A DNA stretch of 64,000 bases from Armatimonadota bacterium (GTDB taxonomy: Bacteria; Armatimonadota; Armatimonadia; Armatimonadales; Armatimonadaceae): positions 1 to 64,000 of the forward strand of contig JAYUUO010000150.1 in NCBI GenBank assembly GCA_043754515.1, read 5' to 3'. The position numbers were made by a program, and so were the translations under genes. How positions within the stretch are numbered: position 1 is the first letter of the stretch; the number at the start of each line of letters is the position of its first letter. The notes beneath the pieces are model-generated. The model was not told where the DNA came from. It saw nothing but the letters and a program-made list of their open reading frames with translations, and did not search any database. Shown here in pieces: positions 46,587 through 54,303 of the stretch.

Positions 46587-47618
46587 GTGATTCATGCCCC
46601 CGAAAAAAACCGCGTGGCCGATGACGTACTGCTCGCCGTCGGCAGACGCACCCTGACCGAGGCCGCCGACGCGCTCCACCAGATAAGTGGCCGCCTCGGC
46701 GCGGACTTCGCCCGCGCCGCCCGACTTATGCTCGCCTGCGACGGGCGCGTTGTCGTCACCGGAATGGGCAAGTCCGGGCTGATCGGGCGCAAGATCGCGG
46801 CGACGCTTGCGTCAACGGGCACCCCCGCGCTCTTCTTGCACCCCGCCGAGGCGTTGCATGGCGACCTCGGCATGATCGCGCCGGGTCGGGATGTGGCCCT
46901 CGCGCTGTCCTATTCGGGCGAGACCGACGAACTGCGGGCGATATTGCCCGCCCTGAAACGCCGCGCCACCGCCCTGATAGCGGTCACCGGCAATGTGAGA
47001 TCGTCGCTCGCCCGTGCCGCCGATGTCGCGCTCGATGCACGGGTGCCGAAAGAGGCATGCCCACATAACCTCGCGCCGACCACCTCGACTACCGCCATGC
47101 TCGCGCTCGGCGACGCGCTGGCCCTCGCGGTGATGGAGGCGCGGAACTTCTCCCAAAGTGACTACGCTCTTTTGCATCCCGCCGGGTCGCTGGGACGCCG
47201 CCTCCTCCTGCATGTCGGTGATGTGATGCGTACCGGCGATTCGCTCGCCGTGATTGGGGAGGAGGCCTTGCTCGCCGATGCCCTGTTCGCGATCACGAAG
47301 GCGGGTGCCGGTGCCGCCTGCGTGTCGGACGGGCGTGGCAAACTTTCTGGCATTCTGACCGACGGGGATATACGCCGCTTCCTGCTCCGCGTCGGTGACG
47401 GGGCGTTGAAGCGTTCCGTCGCCGACGCGATGAGTCGGAACCCACGCGTCACATCCCCGGACAGGCTCGCGGTCGAGGCTATGGATCAGTTCGAGAACGA
47501 ATCGGTGCGTCCCGGCGATCTACCGGTCGTGTCGGAGGATGGTCGCCCGGTCGGGATGCTAATGCTCAAAGATCTGGTTCGCGCTGGGATTGTCCTGCCC
47601 GACGGCGGTATGTCGTGA
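46587..47618 (+). CDS. kdsD: Arabinose-5-phosphate isomerase (KpsF/GutQ; SIS + CBS)
   Basis: GMGKSGLIGRKIAATLASTGTP, HPAEALHGDLG, SYSGET, LAPTTST, HPAGSLG, TDGDIRR. Confidence 0.93.
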   Translation: MIHAPEKNRVADDVLLAVGRRTLTEAADALHQISGRLGADFARAARLMLACDGRVVVTGMGKSGLIGRKIAATLASTGTPALFLHPAEALHGDLGMIAPGRDVALALSYSGETDELRAILPALKRRATALIAVTGNVRSSLARAADVALDARVPKEACPHNLAPTTSTTAMLALGDALALAVMEARNFSQSDYALLHPAGSLGRRLLLHVGDVMRTGDSLAVIGEEALLADALFAITKAGAGAACVSDGRGKLSGILTDGDIRRFLLRVGDGALKRSVADAMSRNPRVTSPDRLAVEAMDQFENESVRPGDLPVVSEDGRPVGMLMLKDLVRAGIVLPDGGMS

Positions 47619-48196
47619 CGCAGGCCATCGAAGCGGCGTCCCCGAGCGTGACCGAACGCCTCGCCCGTGTCCGGCTCCTCGCGCTCGACGTGGACGGCAC
47701 ACTGACCGACGGCGCGGTGACTTTCACCGACGACGGGCGCGAACTCAAAACCTTCCATATCCGCGATGGCCTGGGGATCGTGATGGCGTCGCTGGTCGGT
47801 CTGCAGACGGCGTGGATTACCGGACGGATGTCGCCCATCGTGGAGCGTCGCGCCCGCGAACTGGGGGTGTTGCATCTGCGGCAGGGGGTGCGCGATAAGG
47901 CCGGAGAACTGGCGCGGCTCGCGGCGCAACTCGGCGTCGCGCCGGACGCCGTGGCGTATATGGGCGATGACTGGAACGATCTGCCCGCATTCAGGGTCGC
48001 CGGGGTGTGTATTGCGCCCGCCGATGCCGATCCGCTCCTCCTCGCCGCTGCGCACTATGTCACCCTTCGGAACGGCGGGCGGGGGGCGGTGCGCGACGCG
48101 ATCACGGCAATCCTCGAAGCCCGGAACGAATATGCCATTGCGCAAACCCTTTACCTGGCGTCGCTCGCGGCTCCGGCGGCGGGGAGCGGCCAGTAA
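47615..48196 (+). CDS. kdsC: KDO 8-phosphate phosphatase
   Basis: LDVDGTLTDG, FHIRDGLG, ITGR, YMGDDWND, GGRGAVR. Confidence 0.93.
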   Translation: MTQAIEAASPSVTERLARVRLLALDVDGTLTDGAVTFTDDGRELKTFHIRDGLGIVMASLVGLQTAWITGRMSPIVERRARELGVLHLRQGVRDKAGELARLAAQLGVAPDAVAYMGDDWNDLPAFRVAGVCIAPADADPLLLAAAHYVTLRNGGRGAVRDAITAILEARNEYAIAQTLYLASLAAPAAGSGQ

Positions 48197-48287
48197 AGTC
48201 GCGACCCTGAGTGACGCCCATTCAAGCGCATCAGAATAGCCTGCCTTTTTTGCATCCCGCCCCCGCGCGGCGATACAGTTTACAATC

Positions 48288-49628
48288 ATGGAACGGATCA
48301 TACTCTCCTACCCGCCGACCGCCGTCCTGATGCTGGTCGGCCCGTCCGGCTCGGGCAAGTCCACGTTCGCCCGCACGCATTTCCTGCCGACCGAAGTCCT
48401 CGCCTCCGACGAGTGCCGCGCCCGCGTTGCCGACGACCCCGCCGCGCAACAGGTCACGGAAGACGCGTTCGCGCTCTTGCACTTCACGCTGGATTTGAGA
48501 TTGAAGCACCTCCGGTTTACTGTGGTGGACTCGACCGCGCTCAAACCGTCCGCCCGCGCCCAGATCCGCGAAACCGCCGCGAAACGGCACGTCCCCGTCT
48601 ACGCGCTGATTCTGGACGTGCCGCTCGACGAGTGCATCCGCCGCGACGAGAACCGCGCCGACCGCTCCGTGGGGGCGAAGGTGATCACGCGTCAGTATGC
48701 GACGTTCGAGCAGGCGCGGCGTGAGCTTCCGAAGGACACGTCGCTCGCCGGGGTGGAAACACTGACGCCGGAGACGGTATATGGGGTTCAGATCACGCGC
48801 GGTGCGTCCGCCGTGTCGGGGAGCCGCTTTGACGTCATCGGCGACATCCACGGATGCTACGGCGAATTGTGTGACCTGCTTGCCGAGTTGCGGTATGAGT
48901 GGGGCGCGAAGGACGGCCTGCCGCGCCACCCGGATGGCCGCGTTCCTGTCTTCGTCGGCGACCTCGCCGATCGGGGGCCGGACTCGCCCGCCGTGCTCAA
49001 ACTCGCCTGCCACCTCGTCGCGACCGGGCTTGCTCTGTTCGCGCCCGGCAACCACGACGACAAACTGTTCCGCTTCCTGAAAGGCGCCAATGTCACGCGT
49101 ACGCACGGCCTAGATCTGACTATCGCGCAGTGGGACGCGCTCCCGCTCGCCGAGCGGGACGCGCTGACGACGGATATTCTGACCTACCTCGCGCCCGCGC
49201 CGACGCACTTGGTGCTCGATAATGGACACTTGATCGTCGCGCACGCCGGGATCCGCGAAGAGTGGGTCGGCCAGCACCACGCGTCCGTGAAGTCGTTCAC
49301 GCTCTACGGCGATGTGCGCGGGTTCGAGCCGGGCACGAACAAGCCCATTCGGCATGACTGGGCGGGGGAGTATGTCGGCGCGGCGTTCATCGCGTACGGG
49401 CACACGCCGCGTCCCGACCTCGACTGGCAGACAGACCCCGAAACGGGTCGGCGGTTCGTTGCCGTGCCGGTCGTCAACAACACGGTGAACCTGGACACCG
49501 GTTGCGTTTTCGGCGGGGCGTTGACTGCGCTTCGCTACCCGGAGCGCGACCTGTACTCGGTCCCGGCACGTGCGGCGTACGCGGAACACGAGAACCTGCC
49601 ATATTCGCGGGAGACAGCGGCGGGCTAG
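48288..49628 (+). CDS. Polynucleotide kinase-phosphatase (Pnkp healing module) lacking the ligase domain
   Basis: GPSGSGKSTFA, SDECR (kinase); GDIHG, GDLADRG, GNHD, HAG, YGHTP, LDTGCVFGG (metallophosphoesterase); stop follows directly. Confidence 0.88.
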   Translation: MERIILSYPPTAVLMLVGPSGSGKSTFARTHFLPTEVLASDECRARVADDPAAQQVTEDAFALLHFTLDLRLKHLRFTVVDSTALKPSARAQIRETAAKRHVPVYALILDVPLDECIRRDENRADRSVGAKVITRQYATFEQARRELPKDTSLAGVETLTPETVYGVQITRGASAVSGSRFDVIGDIHGCYGELCDLLAELRYEWGAKDGLPRHPDGRVPVFVGDLADRGPDSPAVLKLACHLVATGLALFAPGNHDDKLFRFLKGANVTRTHGLDLTIAQWDALPLAERDALTTDILTYLAPAPTHLVLDNGHLIVAHAGIREEWVGQHHASVKSFTLYGDVRGFEPGTNKPIRHDWAGEYVGAAFIAYGHTPRPDLDWQTDPETGRRFVAVPVVNNTVNLDTGCVFGGALTALRYPERDLYSVPARAAYAEHENLPYSRETAAG

Positions 49629-49660
49629 GCGCGCCTGCGAACAGGGCCTGACGAAAAACA

Positions 49661-49693
49661 AAGACGCCCCGCCGAACTCCGGCGGGGCGTCTT
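49661..49693 (-). terminator. Intrinsic terminator of the tonB operon (possibly bidirectional)
   Basis: Perfect 14-bp stem AAGACGCCCCGCCG/CGGCGGGGCGTCTT followed on the minus strand by TGTTTTT. Confidence 0.85.
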
Positions 49694-49709
49694 CCACAGG
49701 CATCAGCCT

Positions 49710-51836
49710 TTAATCCTTCGGGTCGAAGGTGATGCGCTGCTTGGACTCGATAGGCTTATCGCCGCGAGTCGCCGGTTTCCAACGCCACGACTGGCAGGCG
49801 CGTAGCACCGCCGCGTCTACTTCCTCGTTCCCCGAGGATTTGATAATCTTAATCGTGGACGAGCCGTTCGCGCTGATCGAGAACTGAACCTCGACCGATT
49901 TCGGATCGGTCGCCTTCATGTCATCGGTAATCGCCGGATTGCGCCGCGAGGTGGCCCTCGCTTCCGTCAGTGCCTCCACCGCGACCGGATCGACATCCTT
50001 GGAAATTTCGCCGCCCTCGACGTCACCTTTCCTACGATCACCAGTCTTACCCGATCCGCTACGAACCTGGATAGGCCCGTTGTTACTGCCCTCTTTAGTA
50101 CCAATCTTGGTGGTTTTGATATCGGCTCCGCTGTCGCCGCCGCCGACCTTGATGTCGGAGCGTTTCGCCTTGCCCGCGGAGCCGGTGCCGTCACTGTTTA
50201 GATCAGGTCCTTTCCCTGCCCCGCCCTTGACACCGAATGAGCCTGGCGAGCCGCTCCCGCTTCCGACGCCGACCCCGGCACCGCCGCGAACGGGGCCACC
50301 GCCGCCACCTCCAGGGCCGTCGCCCGGCCCGCCGGAGCGACCGTCCCCGACATCGCTGGGAGTACCGCCCTGCTTCCCGCCGCGCACCCCGCCACTGACT
50401 CCCGCGCCGCCCGCCGCGCCGCCAAGCCCGGAAGTGCGGGGCGCGCCGCTACCGGGTGCTCCCTTACCACCGGCGACACCCGCCGCGCTGACACCGCCCT
50501 GTTCGCCGCCCGCGACTCCTGCCGCGTCGCCGCCCGCACCGGCACGCGGACCCGCGCCGACTCGAAGCCCGACCGGGCCACCCCCGCCGCCCCCGCCCAC
50601 GGAAAGTCGCGGGGCACCGAGGCTGTCCCCTCCGTTGCCAACCTGATTACCCCCGCCGCCCGAGACGCGGGACGATAACGTGGCGTTACTGTTCGCGCCC
50701 GGCGCGCCGCCCGCCTGGGTCCCACTCATTCTCGCCACGATGGATCCCGGCCTGAGTCCGCTACCTTTGGCGACCGTGAAGTCGCCCTTGTTCGAGCCAG
50801 TACCGCCCGCATCTGCTTGTGTCAGTATGTTATTGCGCAGGCCAGACTTGCCGCCTAGCACGCCCATCGTCGGCCCGGACGAAGCACTGAGCGAAGGCCC
50901 AGAGATCGCGCCGGCGGAAGCACCGGAAATCCCAACCGATCCGCGCGCCGCTCCGGCGATACCGGCGGGGCCGGAGGAAGTGGCACCGCTCTGGCTGCCG
51001 AGCCGTAGGGACGGCGCGCCCGTCGCGCGATTATTAGACGAACGCGCGGAGGTAAACTGGCCCGCTTCCAGAACGGCGGACGCACCGGCCACCCCTTCCG
51101 CCACGTTAGCGGCAGAGCGACTGCCCCTAGCAAGCGAAGCCGAACCACCACCCGCAGGACCGCTGTTCGGCAGTGAAGGAGCGGTGATATTCGGATCAAC
51201 GGATTGGACGCCGCCGCGGGCACTCGGTGCCGCGGTGACGGCGGTCGTCGCCATCGCCGCGTTCGTGGAGCGGTTCGCCGCCTGCGTAGGGGCCGTTCGC
51301 CCGACCGTGCTCGTTTGTACCGGCTCGGTTCTATCCTGCGTCGTCGTGGTCACTTCCTGTTCCACCGGTTTGGGCGGGGGAGGGGTTTGCGCTGGTTCCG
51401 GGGGCGTCTCGTCGGGCGGCGTTTCCCGTGTCACCGTTTTGGGTTCCGGTGTGGCTTGTACCGCTTCGTTCGGCTTCGGCTTCGGTGGGGGAGGAGTTTG
51501 CACCGGTTCCAGCTCACGTGGCGTCGGCGTCTTCTCCGGCTGTACCTTGGCGACGTTCTTGGGGGCGGGTGTCGGCACTGGCTTCGGTTCATTTGCCTTG
51601 GGTGTTTCCACCGGCGCGGGGGTGATCGAAGGCATCTCGATGATAAGCGGTGGCGTTTCTGCGGCCAGTGAGAGTTGTCTCTCCTCCATACCGCGCGCGG
51701 CCCCGATGAGGAACAGCAAGTTGACTGCGAGGGACGTCGAGAAGCCAATCAGAACCCGCTGGCTCTGCTTGCGCTCTACCTCGGGGGCGATAAGTGCCCC
51801 CGAGGAAGGGGATGTATTCTGAGTGTTATCTGCCAT
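49710..51836 (-). CDS. tonB: TonB-family energy transducer with Pro-rich and very long Gly/Ala/Ser-rich linkers
   Basis: N-terminal TM SLAVNL, Pro-rich region, C-terminal VEVQFSISANG..IIKSSGNEEVDAAVLRACQSWRWKPA. Confidence 0.85.
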   Translation of the reverse strand: MADNTQNTSPSSGALIAPEVERKQSQRVLIGFSTSLAVNLLFLIGAARGMEERQLSLAAETPPLIIEMPSITPAPVETPKANEPKPVPTPAPKNVAKVQPEKTPTPRELEPVQTPPPPKPKPNEAVQATPEPKTVTRETPPDETPPEPAQTPPPPKPVEQEVTTTTQDRTEPVQTSTVGRTAPTQAANRSTNAAMATTAVTAAPSARGGVQSVDPNITAPSLPNSGPAGGGSASLARGSRSAANVAEGVAGASAVLEAGQFTSARSSNNRATGAPSLRLGSQSGATSSGPAGIAGAARGSVGISGASAGAISGPSLSASSGPTMGVLGGKSGLRNNILTQADAGGTGSNKGDFTVAKGSGLRPGSIVARMSGTQAGGAPGANSNATLSSRVSGGGGNQVGNGGDSLGAPRLSVGGGGGGGPVGLRVGAGPRAGAGGDAAGVAGGEQGGVSAAGVAGGKGAPGSGAPRTSGLGGAAGGAGVSGGVRGGKQGGTPSDVGDGRSGGPGDGPGGGGGGPVRGGAGVGVGSGSGSPGSFGVKGGAGKGPDLNSDGTGSAGKAKRSDIKVGGGDSGADIKTTKIGTKEGSNNGPIQVRSGSGKTGDRRKGDVEGGEISKDVDPVAVEALTEARATSRRNPAITDDMKATDPKSVEVQFSISANGSSTIKIIKSSGNEEVDAAVLRACQSWRWKPATRGDKPIESKQRITFDPKD

Positions 51837-51986
51837 GTTGTTATTGAACTCCGTTCACGGTCGCGCCGTTCCCCGCTAAATATCAAAGAGCGGCGGGCGT
51901 GGTATCGGAAAGCCGATTTTCATCCGCTGTCCGTCGCGCTGTTGGACACCGCACGCCGCTCTCTGCTTCAAATCATGCTTGTAAAA

Positions 51987-52496
51987 CTATTTGGCTGGTT
52001 GCACGGGCGCGGGTTGCAAGGTTTGCGGGATGATACGCCGGTCCACCGAGATCGCGAAGCGCTGGATGCCCTTCTGGCGCGCCGAGTCAATGCAAGTGAC
52101 CACCAGCCCATGAGTTACCCCGGTTTCGGCATTGATAACCACGCTCATGGTCGAGATGGCCTTCTTGGAGAGCACTGCGGTCGGTTTCTTCTGTTTGATC
52201 CGCTCCTGAGCAGTCGCCGCGTCGAGCACCGATTGGCCCACTTTATCAATGGTGACGGGGTTGTTGTTGACGAACACGCCGCCGTCGCGCTTTATCTCGA
52301 CCGTTAGTTGCGTATCAACCTTGTTGATCTTCGGCTGAGTCGTGGAGTCTTCCTTCGGCAGGTTCATGCCGATGGACTCGAGATTGATGATGCTCAGTGC
52401 GGAGAGCAGGAAGAAGACGAGCAGGAAAAACATCGTGTCGATCATCGGGATGATCTCGATCTTGGTACGCTTCGTCTCTCGGGACCGTCGTTTCAT
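51987..52496 (-). CDS. exbD: ExbD/TolR family protein
   Basis: IEIIPMIDTMFFLLVFF, VVINAE..HGLVV..IDSAR. Confidence 0.92.
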   Translation of the reverse strand: MKRRSRETKRTKIEIIPMIDTMFFLLVFFLLSALSIINLESIGMNLPKEDSTTQPKINKVDTQLTVEIKRDGGVFVNNNPVTIDKVGQSVLDAATAQERIKQKKPTAVLSKKAISTMSVVINAETGVTHGLVVTCIDSARQKGIQRFAISVDRRIIPQTLQPAPVQPAK

Positions 52497-52509
52497 AAAA
52501 GTTGCTCCT

Positions 52510-52995
52510 TCACTGCTTTCCGGCCGTTTCCTGCTCGACAGTGTTCCTGCCCTTGGCGGCGATCCCGAACTTGACGAACCCCTTCGCCCGCGCCGAGTCA
52601 ATCGCCTTCACGACCGCCGCGTTATCCGTCTCATAATCCGCGTTGATGACCACGATCAGGCTCTTCACCTTCTTACTGAGCAGAGTCGCGTCGGCGGTGT
52701 TCGGCAACAGGTTCGACTTCTGCGCGGAACGGATCAACGCGTCGCCGACATCCGCTGGCGCGAACGTCGTGTTGTCTATCTGCGTGGAGCCGTCGGGGCG
52801 CACCGTGACCGTAAGGTCCGCCTTTCTCTGCGGCTTGGTCGCGGTCATCGCTTTCGGCAGTCGCACCTTGGACCCGGAGAGGCTGATGATGTTGAGCGAC
52901 GAGAGCAAGAAGAAGACGAGCAGGAAGAACATCGTATCGATCATCGGGATGATCTCGATCTTGGTCTCTTTGATGTGTGATTTGCGTTTTTTCAT
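52510..52995 (-). CDS. exbD: ExbD/TolR family protein
   Basis: IEIIPMIDTMFFLLVFF, VRLPKA, VVINAD..VVKAIDSAR. Confidence 0.92.
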   Translation of the reverse strand: MKKRKSHIKETKIEIIPMIDTMFFLLVFFLLSSLNIISLSGSKVRLPKAMTATKPQRKADLTVTVRPDGSTQIDNTTFAPADVGDALIRSAQKSNLLPNTADATLLSKKVKSLIVVINADYETDNAAVVKAIDSARAKGFVKFGIAAKGRNTVEQETAGKQ

Positions 52996-53094
52996 GGGTT
53001 CAGTGGCCGTGGCAACGAGCACCATCGTATGGGGAACTTTCGCCGCCGCCCGATTCCGGGCGGCGGATGCGACAACACCCCGTACCCCGCCTAT

Positions 53095-53895
53095 CTAGCG
53101 AGGCGGCGCGATTTTGCGCTGTGCTTCCTCAAGCGCGGTTATAGTACGCGTGGCTGCTTGTTCCGTCTCCCCGAGCGCGTTGCGGCGGCGCGAAGTGAAG
53201 TAGTTGTAGAACCCGAAGCAGATCAGCGCGATGAAGATGCCGGACGCGGTCGCGTACAGCGACTCGCCGACCCCGCCCAGTACCGACGCCTTCGCGGCTT
53301 CCGACTGGCCCGCTCCCTGGAACTTTTGGAAGACGCGTACCATGCCGATGATAGTCCCGAGCAGACCCAGTAGCGGCGAGAGGGTGGTCGCGGAGTCCAG
53401 CAGCCACATGAATTTCTCTAGCTTCAACTCGTAAGCGACGACTACTTCCTCTGCTCGCGATTCGAGCAGATCCTTCGTATCGTTGCGGTTCTGAATCAGG
53501 GTGGTTAGAACATCGGCGACGGGACCCTGCTGTTGCCCCGCAAGCCCAAGTGCCCCCTGAAAATCACCGCCGCGCAACTTCTGGATCACGCTCGGCACCA
53601 GACCGGGCGCGGTGTTCGCTAGCGTCCTATACGCCATGAACCGCTCCACGATGACCGTGATCGCGGTTAAGGAGAGCGCGAGCAGTGGCCACATAACGAA
53701 GCCGCCGGCGTTGAAAAACTCAACCGGCCCCATCGTTTTTGCTTCCGGGGCGGCGGCGGTGTCCTGTGCCCAAACGGCACCGGATGCCGCGACGAGCGTA
53801 GCAAACGTGGCGGCCCCCGTGACCCAGCTACGTAGTGTGCGCGATTTTTTGACGGCGACATGTGCCGCGCTATTAATGGTGGCTTGAAGATTCAT
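53095..53895 (-). CDS. exbB: MotA/TolQ/ExbB proton channel
   Basis: GGFVMWPL, VERF, SPLLGLLGTIIGMVRVF, ESLYATASG. Confidence 0.93.
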   Translation of the reverse strand: MNLQATINSAAHVAVKKSRTLRSWVTGAATFATLVAASGAVWAQDTAAAPEAKTMGPVEFFNAGGFVMWPLLALSLTAITVIVERFMAYRTLANTAPGLVPSVIQKLRGGDFQGALGLAGQQQGPVADVLTTLIQNRNDTKDLLESRAEEVVVAYELKLEKFMWLLDSATTLSPLLGLLGTIIGMVRVFQKFQGAGQSEAAKASVLGGVGESLYATASGIFIALICFGFYNYFTSRRRNALGETEQAATRTITALEEAQRKIAPPR

Positions 53896-54303
53896 GGTTC
53901 TCCAGTCTTCTCCCGACACGGCTTGATCTGATCGTTGCCGCTCGGGCTCGGTATACCTTAGAAAAGCGTTTGGGTATAGTTACGCTTCCAGCAAGGCGCG
54001 GCGCGGATGAGTTATAGTCCATCCGGACGGCTATAGTTTATAAATATCCGCGACCGCTGTCTCGCGGCACGGAGCGATTGTACCCGCAAATCGTGCCCGT
54101 TCAACAGACATGCAACACGTTTCTCACCGTCACGCTAAAATAATTAGCGACAAGGCGGCTCTCACGCGTGGCGCCGCAAGCCCCCGTCACGCCGGTAATG
54201 GGTGCGGCATCGAGCCGGGTGGCGTGGTGCCCCCGAATCTCCATGGTTTATCCGCGACACAGGCAGGTTCTTGTGACCCGTGCCACATATAGACGATCTT
54301 TTT

